Source of the DNA: Phaeosaccion multiseriatum
Taxonomy: Eukaryota > Protista > Ochrophyta, other classes
Length of the DNA stretch: 64,000 bases
NCBI GenBank assembly: GCA_965112735.1
Contig: OZ218954.1
Coordinates: 3,906,001 to 3,970,000 of the forward strand
Reading direction: 5' to 3'
Part shown: positions 36,101 to 48,600 of the stretch, piece by piece
How positions within the stretch are numbered: position 1 is the first letter of the stretch
How the letters are laid out: every line of letters starts with the position of its first letter
Program-made: the position numbers and the translations under genes
The notes under the pieces: generated by a model
What the model was told of the DNA's origin: nothing
Database searches by the model: none
The model's input: only the letters and a program-made list of their open reading frames with translations

Positions 36101-38403
36101 CGGACTCTCTCCTTCACCCACAGCCCACGATGGCTCCTACGGAGGCACCTACTCCCGCCCCGACGATGAAGGTGAGCAATCTCAGCAGTCGAGTGTGTAC
36201 GACCAGTGTTTGTACTGCACTCCCTGCTAAGTCTCGCTCTTCCGCTGGTCTGCTCGCTCCGTGTGCGGCTTCGCATCATTCCCGGGCTTGCTCCTTCACC
36301 CACAGCCCACGATGGCTCCTACGGAGGCACCTACCCCCGCCCCGACCATGAAGGTGAGCAATCTCAGCCGTCGAGTGCGTACGACCGGTGTTTGTTGCAC
36401 TCCCTGCTAAGTCTCGCCCTTCCGCTGGTCTGCTCGCTCCGTGTGCGGCTTCGCATCATTCCCGGGCTCTCGCCTTCACCCACAGCCCACGATTGCTCCT
36501 ACGGAGGCACCTACCCCCGCCCCGACGATGAAAGTAAGCAATCTCAGCAGTCGAGTGTGCACGACCAGTGTTTGTACTGCACTCCCTGCTAAGTCTCGCT
36601 CTTCCGCTGCTCTGCTCGCTCCGTATGCGGCCCCGCGTCATTCCCGGGCTCTCTCCTTCACCCACAGCCTACGATGGCTCCTACGGAGGCACCTACCCCC
36701 GCCCCTACGAACAAGCCCGTCTGGACAGCTGCACCTACGCCCGCCCCCACCATGATGGTGAGCAATCTCAGCCGTCGAGTGTGTACGACCAGTGTTTGCA
36801 CTGCACTCCCTGCTAAGTCTCGCTCTTCCCCTGCTCTGCTCGCTCCGTGTGCGGCCCCGCATCATTCCCGGACTCTCTCCTTCACCCACAGCCCACGATG
36901 GCTCCTACGGAGGCACCTACTCCCGCCCCGACCATGAAGGTGAGCAATCTCAGCAGTCGCTGGTAGCATGCTGTGCCCATCGAGCGAGTGTGTCCGACTG
37001 GTGTTTGTACTGCACTCCCTGCTAAGTCTCGCTCTTCCGCTGCTCTGCTCGCTCCGTGTGGGGCTTCGCATCATTCCCGGACTCTCTCCTTCACCCACAG
37101 CCCACGATGGCTCCTACGGAGGCACCTACCCCCGCCCCTACGACCAAGCCCGTCTGGACAGCTGCACCTACGCCCGTCCCCACCATGAAAGTGAGCAATC
37201 TCAGCAGTCGCTGGTAGTGTGCTGTGCCCGTCGAGCGAGTGTGTACGACCGGTGTCTGTACTGCACTCCCTGCTTAGTCTCGCTCTTCCGCTGCTCTGCT
37301 CGCTCCGTGTGGGGCTTCGCATCATTCCCGGGCTTGCTCCTTCACCCACAGCCCACGATGGCTCCTACGGAGGCACCTACCCCCGCCCCGACGATGAAGG
37401 TAAGCAATCTCAGCCGTACGACGGGTGTTTGTACTGCACTCCCTGCTAAGCCTCGCTCTTCCGCTGCTCGGCTCGCTCCGTCTCTCGCCGCTGCCCCGCA
37501 TCATTCCCGGACTCTCTCCTTCACCCACAGCCCACGATGGCTCCTACGGAGGCACCTACCCCCGCCCCGACGATGAAAGTAAGCAATCTCAGCAGTCGAG
37601 TGTGTACGACCAGTGTTTGTACTGCACTCCCTGCTAAGTCTCGCCCTTCCCCTGCTCTGCTCGCTCCGTGTGCGGCCCCGATCATTCCCGGGCTCTCTCC
37701 TTCACCCACAGCCCACGATGGCTCCTACGGAGGCACCTACTCCCGCCCCGACGATGAAGGTGAGCAATCTCAGCAGTCGCTGGTAGCATGCTGTGCCCAT
37801 CGAGCGAGTGTGTCCGACTGGTGTTTGTACTGCACTCCCTGCTAAGTCTCGCTCTTCCGCTGCTCTGCTCGCTCCGTGTGGGGCTTCGCATCATTCCCGG
37901 ACTCTCTCCTTCACCCACAGCCCACGATGGCTCCTACGGAGGCACCTACCCCCGCCCCGACGATGAAGGTAAGCAATCTCAGCCGTCGAGTGCGTACGAC
38001 CGGTGTTTGTACTGCACTCCCTGCTAAGTCTCGCTCTTCCGCTGGTCTGCTCGCTCCGTGTGCGGCCCCGCATCATTCCTGGGCTCTCTCCTTCACCCAC
38101 AGCCCACGATGGCTCCTACGGAGGCACCTACCCCCGCCCCGACCATGAAGGTGAGCAATCTCAGCCGTCGAGTGCGTACGACCGGTGTTTGTTGCACTCC
38201 CTGCTAAGTCTCGCTCTTCCGCTGCTCTGCTCGCTCCGTATGCGGCCCCGCGTCATTCCCGGGCTCTCTCCTTCACCCACAGCCTACGATCGCTCCTACG
38301 GAGGCACCTACCCCCGCCCCTACGACCAAGCCCGTCTGGACAGCGGCACCTACGCCGGCCCCCTGGACTTCCCCTCCCCCGACCAAGCCCGGAAAGAAGG
38401 GGG

Positions 38404-38444
<41 letters not shown>

Positions 38445-38457
38445 TCTTCCAGCTCCG

Positions 38458-38491
<34 letters not shown>

Positions 38492-38505
38492 ATCTTCCAG
38501 GTCCG

Positions 38506-38540
<35 letters not shown>

Positions 38541-38937
38541 TCTTCCAGCTCCGACAGCAGCAGCAGCAGCAGCAGCAGCGACTCTTCCAGCTCCGACAGC
38601 TCCAAGGTACTCCACCTCCCTCCCCCCCCTCTGGCCCTCTCACTCACCCCCCTCCTCATCTCGTGCTGCATACCCGCCTCTCGCTTGCCTCCAGATTTTA
38701 CAACGAGTTGGCTCTATTCATGACCCTCTTCGCCCCTCTCCTCTCCTCTCCTCAGTCTCACTCTCCTTCATTCCCCTCCTTTTCTCCCCCTTCGCTTTTC
38801 TGCCGCTTGTCTCTCGCTCGCAGAAGGGTAGGTGCAGGGGCAAGGACAAGGACAAGGACAAGGACAAGGACAAGGACAAGGGCAAGGGGAGGGGCAAGGG
38901 CAAGGGTAAGGGCAGGGCGGGAAGGGGCAAATATTGA
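33135..38937 (+). CDS. Secreted protein B: signal peptide, RML motif, ~24 PT-repeat exons, poly-Ser/Asp, KG/KD tail
   Basis: MRASFFGTALLAFLAVSQA...EARMLKSRWSRYW. 48-bp (some 96-bp) phase-0 exons encode PTMAPTEAPTPAPTMK variants. Exon from 38283 reads WTSPPPTKPGKKGD(S)n; last exon KGRCRGKDKDKDK...GRGKY*. Confidence 0.85.
33700..38280 (+). repeat. Tandem exon+intron array, ~165-250 bp units
   Basis: Repeating cacccacag|cccacga..gctcctacgga.gc.cctac.cccgccccgacgatgaag|gt.agcaatctcagc units in three sequence subtypes. Confidence 0.95.
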
Positions 38938-40327
38938 AGCGGAACATCGCAGCGTATGTATGCTCTATTTATGGAATGAAGTATTGGAACGAAAGTCTTT
39001 ATTCCATTGGCCCTGCTCTGGGCTGGTGGCCCCTTTGTCTCGCTCTTCCAGCTGGGAGCTGTCAGCTCAGAGCCCCACCAGCCGATGCGCGCAGCTCTAC
39101 AGCCCACCGCCGTACCAGATAGACTGCTCCGTGAACTGTTGAGCCCCGATGGCCCGTGCATCTCCAGACCCTGACCCACCGGCCTGCCCTCGGGGCTGAG
39201 AGTGGCTCGCAGTATCCAAGCTCAGCAGCACCACGGATGCCAACAAGATAAGGCATATGCCGCGGCTTCCCAGGGACGCACGAAATGTATCCGAACCCTC
39301 CCGTCGTATGGCACTAACAATCGTGACGGACAATCTATGGACTAGAGAGGGCGGGCAGAGAAAAGTCGTGGTTCGAAAGGCGCAGACTCTTGAAGCAACC
39401 CGCCCGGGGGAGAGCCCAGAGTCAGAACAGTCGGAAGTGGTGCTAGGAAGGATTGCTCAGATGCTCTCAAAGAGTGATTGATAAGAAGGCGAGTGGGCAG
39501 GCAGGGCTGGGCTGCTCTCTACTCACTCGCACCTGAAAAGGCTCAGTGAACGCGAAGGAGAAAGGATGCTGGCGCGTATCGCCTGGCCTTCGATTTGCAA
39601 GTGTCGTGCGCGGGGGGGGCTGGTATCGGGTGGGCGGTCACCACTGCTCTTCACCTGTACCATCGCCCCTCTATCCCTCCCACCCACGTCAGTCAACATT
39701 TGGATGCCTCAGGAAGCAAGGCTGCCCCTTGAGCAAAAATTCCACGACTTGCGTTCGAGATTGCACTCCACCAGAGGAGGGGCGGTCGGACGAGAGGCGG
39801 CACGCCGAGCAGGCGGCAGCCAGAAAGCAGGAAGCAGGAAGCAGCGCAGCAGACATGTTTTTCGAGAGGGTAACGGGAAATTTCGCGGGGGAGACTGCCT
39901 TCCCGGGACTTGGGGTGGGACAGGTGGTAGCTTAGCCCTGTGATTCTCGAAGCCCCAACTGCCCAAGAGAATTTGGCGCGTTATTGTTGCCTTGCTGTCC
40001 AGAAACGAATAACCATGTTACGGCTGATGAGCAGGAGCATAGAGGGCACATGCCTGCTCACAAACAAACCAACACTGGACGAAAGCAAAGACTACAGCTT
40101 ACGTGAGCAACATCGTGAGCACCATGCGTGCCTCCTTCTTCGGCACCGCCCTCCTGGCCTTCCTAGCCGTCAGCCAGGCCATCTCCGAGAACGACAAGCC
40201 CCCGAACGACGAGAGGACGGACCGTGAGGTTCCTGAAGCCAGGATGCTGAAGTCCCGGTGGAGCCGGTACTGGCACTGGACCAGACCCACTCCCGCGCCT
40301 GTCTGGACAGAGGCACCCACCATGAAG
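38824..40327 (+). repeat. Segmental duplicate of 31898-33340 (last exon, 3' UTR, intergenic spacer and first exon of the next gene)
   Basis: Long colinear matches, e.g. aatattgaagcggaacatcgcagcgta, ccagaccctgacccaccggcctgccc, gcgaaggagaaaggatgctggcgcgtatcgcctggcc, and the near-identical first exon. Confidence 0.92.
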
Positions 40328-43300
40328 GTTAAGGCACCGTGCTGTTGTGATATGTAAAGTCCAGCCAATAGTGCTCTCCTCACGTAAGCCGCCGCCTGCC
40401 GTTCCTTCCTCCTCACCTCGCTCCAATTCCCGCACCAACTGCGTGTGCCTTCCCGTCCTCGCTCCGCCGTCCACAAGCCCACGGAGCCTCCCACGTACGC
40501 ACCCACGCCCGCGCCAACGTGGACGGCCCCGCCCGTGCCTACGCCCCAGCCTACTTGGACGGACGCCCCGACCCCTGCCCCGACCATGAAAGTGAGCAAT
40601 CTCAGCAGTCGCTGGTAGCATGCTGTGCCCATCGAGCGAGTGTGTACGACTGGTGTTTGTACTGCACTCCCTGCTCATTCTCTCTATTCCCTTACTCTTC
40701 ATTCTTCCCGTCCTCCCTTTTCCTCCCCATTTCCCCACCCACAGCCCACGAGGGCTCCTACGGACGCTCCCACCTCCGCTCCCACGACCAAGCCAGTGTG
40801 GACGGCCGCACCTACGCCCGCCCCCACAATGAAGGTAGCATCTTAAGCAGTCAGGGGCTGTGTGCTGTGGCCGTCGAGCTGGTGTGTACGAGCCGTCTCT
40901 GTCCTACACTCTCTACTAAGCCTCGCTCTCCTGCTACCCCACATGCATTCCCGTGCTCGCTCCTTCACTCACAGCCCACGAGGGCTCCTACGGACGCTCC
41001 TACCCCCGCCCCGACGATGAAGGTGAGCCATCTCAGCAGTCAGGGGCCGTGTGCTGTGCCCGTCGAGCTCATGTGATCGGCCCGTTTGAGCTCTACGCCC
41101 CCCCGAAGCCTCGCGTTTCCCTAACTCTTGCTCCATTTCATTTCGATCCTTCCTTACCTTGCTCGCTTCGCCACCCACAGCCCACGAGGGCTCCTACGGA
41201 TGCACCTACGCCCGCCCCGACGATGAAGGTGAGCCATCTCAGCAGTAATGGGCAGTCCACCGTGCCCGTCGACCTCATGTGATCGGCCCGTTTGAGCTCT
41301 ACGCCCCCCCGAAGCCTCGCGTTTCCCTAACTCTTGCTCCACTTCATGTCCGTCCTTCCTTCCCTTGCTTGCTTCCCCACCCACAGCCCACGAGGGCTCC
41401 TACGGACGCTCCTACCCCCGCTCCCACGACCAAGCCAGTCTGGACACCCGCACCTACGCCCGCCCCCACCATGAAGGTGAGCCATCTCAGCAGTCATGGG
41501 CAGTCCGCCGTGCCCGTCGACCTCATGTGATCGGCCCGTTTGAGCTCTACGCTCCCCGCTAAGCCTCACGCGTCTCTTACCCCTTGCTCCACTTCATGTC
41601 CGTCCTTCCTTCCCTTGCTCACTTCCCCACCCACAGCCCACGAGGGCTCCTACGGATGCACCTACCCCCGCCCCGACGATGAAGGTGAGTAATCTCAGCA
41701 GTCATGGGCAGTCTGCTGTGCCCGTCGAGCTCATGTGATCGGCCCGTTTCAGCTCTACGCTCCCCGCTAAGCCTCACGCGTCTCTTACTCCTTGCTCCAC
41801 TTCATGTCCGCCCTACCTTCCCGTGCTCGCTCCTCCACTCACAGCCCACGAGGGCTCCTACGGACGCTCCTACCCCCGCTCCTACGACCAAGCCAGTCTG
41901 GACAGCAGCACCTACCCCCGCCCCGACGATGAAGGTGAGCCATCTCAGCAGTCAGGGGCCGGGTGTTGTGCCCGTCGAGCTCATGTGATCGGCCCGTTTG
42001 AGCTCTACGCTCCCCGCTAAGCCTCACGCGTCTCGTACCCCTTGCTCCACTTCATGTCCATTCTTCCTTCCCTTGCTCGCTTCCCCACCCACAGCCCACG
42101 AGGGCTCCTACGGATGCACCTACCCCCGCCCCGACGATGAAGGTAAGCCATCTCAGCAGTCATGGGCAGTCTGCTGTGCCCGTCGACCTCATGTGATCGG
42201 CCCGTTTGAGCTCTACGCTCCCCGCTAAGCCTCACGCGTCTCCTACCCCTTCCGTCCTTCCTTCTCCTGCTCGCTTCCCCACCCACAGCCCACGAGGGCT
42301 CCTACGGATGCACCTACGTTCGCCCCCACCATGAAGGTGAGCAATCTCAGCAGTCAGGGGCAGTCTGCTGTGCCCGTCGACCTCATGTGATCGGCCCGTT
42401 TCAGCTCTACGCTCCCCGCTAAGCCTCACGCGTCTCTTACCCCTTACTCCATCTCATGTCCGCCCTTCCTTCCCGTGCTCGCTCCTTCACTCACAGCCCA
42501 CGAGGGCTCCTACGGACGCTCCTACCCCCGCTCCCACGACCAAGCCAGTCTGGACAGCGGCACCTACGCCCGCCCCCACCATGAAGGTAAGCAATCTCAG
42601 CCGTGAGGGGGAAAGCTCCCTCCATGCCATTCCCGTCCTTTCCGGCTCGCTCCTTCCTCCTCCCCTCACCCCACTTGCCCTTCCCTCTTCTTCCTCCCCT
42701 CCCCCACTCTCTCTCCCTCCCCCAACCACTCCAAAGCCCACGCCTCAGCCTGTGTGGACAGCGGCACCTACGTCCGTCAGCAAGGATTCCTCGGACAGCA
42801 AGGATTCCTCCAAGGACAAGTCCAAGGGAAAGAAGCATCGCAAGAGAAAGGTCTGTTCTCCTCTCGCTTTTCTTGATTGTGTCTAGATTGTCACTCACCC
42901 ACCTCCTACTTCTCTTTCACTCTCTCTCACTTTGTCATCAGAACAAGAAGGGAAAGAAGCATCGCAAAAGAAAGGTGTGTTCCTTCTATCCTCTCGCTTT
43001 TCTTGATTGTGTCTAGATTGTCACTCACCCACCTCCTACTTCTCTTTCACTCTCTCTCACTTTGTCATCAGAACAAGAAGGGAAAGAAGCATCGCAAAAG
43101 AAAGGTGTGTTCCTTCTATCCTCTCGCTTTTCTTGATTGTGTCTAGATTGTCACTCACCCACCTCCTACTTCTCTTTCACTCTCTCTCACTTTGTCATCA
43201 GAACAAGAAGGGAAAGAAGCATCGCAAAAGAAAGGTCTGTTCCGCCTCTTCCTTCTATCCTCTCTCTGTCATATTCTCACAGGTCTTACTCACACACCTC

Positions 43301-43482
43301 CCTCTCTTGTTGCTTTCACTCACAGAAGGGCGGCAAGGGAAAAGGAAGGGTACGTTGTGCCTGCCATGCGTCTCTCTGTATCTCTCTCACCGCTTTTCAC
43401 TCACGCACCTCCCTCTCTTCGCTCCGCTCTTGTCGCTTGTCACTCACAGAAGGGCGGCAAGGGAAAGGGAAAATGGTGGTGA
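40124..43482 (+). CDS. Secreted protein C: same N-terminus as B, ~10 PT exons, SKDSSDSKDSSKDKSKGKKHRKRK, three NKKGKKHRKRK exons, KGGKGKGR, KGGKGKGKWW*
   Basis: ATG at 40124; AG/GT-bounded phase-0 exons; TGA at 43480-43482. Confidence 0.85.
42825..43235 (+). repeat. 130-bp tandem repeat (33-nt NKKGKKHRKRK exon plus intron) x3
   Basis: Near-identical units tttgtcatcag|aacaagaagggaaagaagcatcgcaaaagaaag|gt. Confidence 0.95.
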
Positions 43483-43891
43483 AGTGGTGAGGTCGCCCCG
43501 AAAACTCTTTATTGACAGATTAAATTGCTCGTAAGATCTATTAATGGAAGGCCATGTCATCAGCTGGTGTCTATTCCTCTGTGTAGAAGTGTTGCCTTGC
43601 TCCAGAGGACGACCCGTGAGACAACAGACCCTCTCCTACCATCATTGTTATTATAGCTTTATCACTCTCTCTAAAAATGAAAGTGTGCTTTCGCAGTTGA
43701 GTGAGACTTGAGGCACGAATGACCAGCCGTTTGCCGCTTGTGAATCTTAGTTTGAGCCACTCTTGAGTCGCCTTGGAATCAGCTCCGATCGAAAAAAGGT
43801 TCCAGTAAGTCAACAATTCTGTGAGTCCAAGCCCCAACTGCTCGAGATGCTGCGCGGCGCGTATTATATTCTTGCAACCCCCCGACATCAC

Positions 43892-43928
43892 ATGCGCTTC
43901 TCCTTCTTCGGCACCGCCCTCCTGGCCT
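43892..43928 (+). pseudogene. Truncated family member D (signal peptide only: MRFSFFGTALLA)
   Basis: atgcgcttctccttcttcggcaccgccctcctggcctt is identical to the start of gene F; homology stops abruptly. The upstream region matches that of gene F. Confidence 0.85.
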
Positions 43929-45417
43929 TATACGCGTGTAGAGTCACACACTCACACTTCATGGTCCAATGCCATCCTCCACCTCCATCCACTACCATCA
44001 TCTTTCTCCATCCGCTCCATCCCTTCCACTGCCATCCTCCTCCTCCGCCTCCTCCATTCACTGCCATCCCACCCACCTGAAGTTAGAACCAGGAGAGGCA
44101 CTGCTTGGTGTTTATGGTCCTGCTGCCGAGGTTGACCTCCTCCATGCCCTTGGCCACCGCGTCGTACACCGTCAGGCCTCCGGAGGGTCTGCGGTGTGCG
44201 TACGCCGTAACCCGCGCCGCTGTGCCCGTCATCTTGCGCAGATTTGTTGCATCGAGCACTGCGCTAACAGAGCAAGCAGCACTTGTGAGGGTCCAAAAGG
44301 GGAGGGGAGGGCAGTCAGTCAGAAACTCACTAGGGCGGGTGGTGCACCCTCCTGCGCTGGCTGGCCCCCGGCCTGGAAAGCGATTCCTGCAGGTCCAGCA
44401 AGACCCGCTCATATATCGCGTCCCGTCGGAGCTCAGTGCCCGCTTCATCATGGTTGAGGACGTGAATGAGGGAGGAAGTGAGTGAGCGGGTGCGTGCGTA
44501 GGTGCGTGCGTGGGTGGGTGTGTGGGTGGGTACGTGCGTGCGTGTGTGCGTGCGGGCGTGAGTGAGTGAGAGACGAGTGAATGAATGAGTGCGCGCCCGT
44601 GTGTGAGTGAGTGATTGCGTGGGTTAGGGAAAGAGTGAGTGAGTGCGTGTGTGTGGGTGGGTGGTACGCTGGGGGCGTGTAAGTGTATGGGCAGGACATC
44701 GACATTGGATATCGAGGAGGTCCATTTCGGTCAAATTCGGTACAGTGGGAGGGGCGGTTCAGTGACAGTGATGAGGCCGTGTAGGGGGGCAAAGGGGAGT
44801 GATGAGGCCGTGATGTGGCAAGTAGGCGGGTAGGGGGCAATAGGACAAGGACGGGCAGGGCATCAGGACAGGTGCCAGGACAAAGGACAGAGGGAGGAGA
44901 GGAGGGAGGGAGATATGTCATTCGTTGGAAGGTTGGAGTGAGCAGTAGACCACTAGGTGGTTGCTGAGAGCTGTTCTAAGAGGGATCGCCACTGCCCTGG
45001 CTCGGAAGCTAACAGGCGTGCTTGCATGAGAAGTGGGTGCCTGAGAAGTGGGGGGAGTGAGGAGGCAGGACAAGTGTCACACGCCGTGGGATGTCACTGG
45101 CTGCTGGACCAGCCAGCCACGCCTTACACACTTTGTCTCAAGATGCTGCTCTTGCCTTTATCCTTCCTAATGAGTGTCTGCTGTCCGAGTGATGCTATGA
45201 TGCTGAGATATGATGTTTGTAAAAAGGATTAGAGAGGGAGAGGCCCTACCTAGAGGCCAGGAGGCCAGGAACCACCAGAAGAGGAATTGGGCCCCCTAGG
45301 CCGGGATCCAGTAGAGGTCTAGGCCAGGGGTCCGGCGCCCCCCGTAGGTCTAGGCCAAGGGCCTGCGGCCCCTCTAGGCTAGCCTAGGCCCTGGCCAATA
45401 GTCTGGTCTGTGGCCGA
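43929..45417 (-). mobile_element. Putative truncated DNA transposon (TCGGCC terminus, CTAGGCC subterminal repeats, degenerate coding exon)
   Basis: Ends in ...tggccga at 45417, the same terminal word as the MITE at 59169-59422. CTAGGCC repeats at 45240-45400. Minus-strand exon 44451-44083 (WTLT...YDAVAKG..VNLG...TKQCLSWF) loosely recalls CxC regions of KDZ-type transposases. Confidence 0.4.
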
Positions 45418-45665
45418 ATTGCTTTTGCGGGCGGCACGAAGAGGTGCTAACAAATTTATGAAATCCTCTGAAAACCCCTTTTTTATTATTGATCCCGCCG
45501 ACCCGCGACTGAAAAGAAAGAACTTTTAAAGAGAAGCTGCAGGACAGGAGAAATGAAATGTACTTGTGTGTATGCGCACCAGGAGATAAAAGATATCACT
45601 CGCCTCCCGCACCACACACACACACACCAGAGGAGTTGGTTGAAAGCAGCACTCGGGGAGTGGTC

Positions 45666-48600
45666 ATGAGATCTTTCGTCGGTGCCCTGCTGCTCAGCAG
45701 CAGTGGCTTCGTCTTTCAGGTGCGTGTTGTGCAAGGCAAAGGCGGCGAAGCGATGGTTAGATTTATGTGGATTCAAGTGAGAGATGTCCTGGCCTCCCTG
45801 CGGCGTCCTTTTGCACCCACCCGGCCGCTCCTTCTTCTCCCGCTTCTTCCGTGGTATCTTCCAGCCCCTCGGGGCGGCTGGCGGCTGGGCACGCCGACTT
45901 GCGAACGAGGGCTTGTGCCTTGCTTGCGCAGTCACCCAAAGTAATCTACGACGCCTTCGCTCCTTTTGCTGCTCCTCTCCGCCTCTTTCTTCCTGTTTCC
46001 TACCCCGCATCTACTCGCGCTCAGCTCGCGTCGGCGGCGGGCGGCACTGCCGCCGTCGTGGAACGAGCTCTACAGTCTGAACAAGACTGCTCTGCCCTCT
46101 GCCTTGGGGTGAACGCTGCGGAGCCCTGCTTTGTGGATCCTTCCTGCGCAAGTGGAGGTAAAGGGGAAAATTGTATCCCCACTTCTTCATATAAGCCATG
46201 CCCCTCTCGGCCCGCCTGCTCCTTCTCCTCAGCAGCAGCAGCCATCACTGCTAATATCCAGAGTGCGAAGCTGCTGAGACCTTCCTCCGTGACCTGACTG
46301 TCCTCCCCTCCCCTTTCCTGCTGCTCTCGCCCTGCCTAAATGCACATCCATAGGCATCGGGTGCAACGCTGCGGGACTTGGGACGGAATGTAGATTCTGC
46401 GGCTTCAGCATCTTTGACCCTTGCCCGGCAGCTGACGCATCGACGGGAGTCCCCTCCGCGGCACCTCCTTCTCCTGCGTCACCGACAATCCCTCCGAGTA
46501 TCACCACCATGTCTCCTTCTTCTCCGGCAACAACCCCTCCGAGCAGCGCAGGAGGAGACAGTTGCTCAGTACTCTGTCGGCAGGGGAATCCGGCGGAGCC
46601 CTGCTTCCTTGACCCCTCCTGTACAAGTGGCGGTACGTGACGTCATCACTACGCCAGCACCAGCCCAGATATCCGCCAGTCACTGCCTGCTGCTGCCCTT
46701 GCTTCCTTCTCCCTCTAAGGCCTGACCTTCCCACCCTCCCCGCCCCTCCCGTGTCGTGCTGCTCTCCCTTTCCCTAAATGCGCATCCACAGGCATCGGGT
46801 GCAATGCACGGGGCTTGGGAAGGGAGTGTAGGTTTTGTGGATTCAGCATCTTTGATCCGTGCCCAGACGACTCATCTTCGACCTCCCCTCCGACGCCCAC
46901 TTCCGTGCCCGCCGCACCCACCACGCCTTCTGCTCCTGCGCCGACAAGAGTCCCAAGCAATGCAACAGGAGGAGGAGGAGGAGTCGACGACGCCTGCTCT
47001 GCCCGCTGTCACTCCAGCCAACCATGCTTCCTGGATCCTCTGTGCCTGGACTGCGCTAGAGACCCTCGCTCTTGTAAGTAGTAGATTGTACGTCTCCCCC
47101 CGCCGCCGCCATCCTGTTTGTGTGTCTTCTCACCTCACCATCGTTCTCATCATGTAAATGAGCGCTGCTCACCTCCTCTCTCATGATCATCGTCATCGCT
47201 CTCCCTCCCCCTACCCGCCTTCTCTTGATTCTCTCTAATGACCATAGGCATCGGGTGCAATGCACGAGGATTGGGACAAGAGTGTAGATTCTGTAACTTC
47301 TCCTTCTTCCCGGACTGCCCAGCGGTCGCCAACACGGTGACCCCGACATTGCCACCGACACCAGCTCCAGTGGCCATGGCACCCACTCAGGTTTGAAGCG
47401 AATCCTCTCCGCCCTGGGCTCTGGTCTCCCTTGCATTGCATATTGTCTCCTTTCCTCTCTCCTTTTGTTTCCAGTATACCCTCCACTTCAGCATCTTTGA
47501 TCCTTGCCCAGCAGACGATGACGCATCCTCTCAGGCATGTATTCATTCCATGGTACCTTTTTTTGCTTTGCCTCTGACGGGTAGCGCATGCATCCATCAC
47601 ACTCCCATTGTCTGCTCTCCCGCTGTCCGGCATCGTCTCTCCCTCAGGCCCCAACCACCATCGCTCCAACCACCACCCCTCCGACCCCCGCACCAGCAGC
47701 GGCAGCAAGCCCTGACACCACGATGGTACCCACCCCCGCGCCCTCGACTTCCGCGCCGACTGCTGCTATGACTATGGTATGTGACATGACGCCGTGTACT
47801 CCTGTATTGTCCCTCGGGCTTTGGTGTTAGCTCCTCTTGAGCACCTTTGATCCTTGCCCGGCAGACGATGACGCTCCACTCAGGCATGTATTCATTCCAT
47901 GGTACCTTCTCTTGCTGTGTATCTGACTAGTAGCGCATGCATCCATCATACTCCCATCGTCTGCTCTCCCGCTGTCCGGCATCGTCTCTCCCCCAGGCCC
48001 CAACCACCGTCGCTCCAACCACCACCCCTCCAACCCCCGCGCCCTCGACTTTGACTCCAACTGATGCGCCGACTACGGTAAGTGACATGACGCGGTGCAC
48101 TCCTGTGCTGTCCCTCAGGCTTCGGTTAGCATGCATTCATCATACTGCCATTGTCTGCTCTCCCGCTGTCCGGCATCGTCTCTCCCTCAGGCCCCAACCA
48201 CTGTCGCTCCAACCACCATCCCTCCGACCCCCGCGCCCTCGACTTTAACTCCGACTGATGCTCCGACTACGGTAAGTGACATGACGCGGTGCACTCCTGT
48301 GTTGTCCCTCGGGCTTGGTTGGCTCCACTTTAGCATCTGTGATCCTTGCCCGGCAGATGATGTCTCCTCCTCTGATGTCTCCTCCTCTTAGGCATGTATT
48401 GATTCCGTGGTGCCTTTTCTTGCTGTGCCTCGACTGTTAACGCATGCCTCCATCATACTGCCATTGTCTGCTCTCCCGCTGTCCGGCATCTTCTCTCCCT
48501 CAGGCCCCAACCACTGTCGCTCCAACCACCATCCCTCCGACCCCCGCGCCCTCGACATCAACTCCGACTGATGCTCCGACTACGGTAAGTGACATGACGC

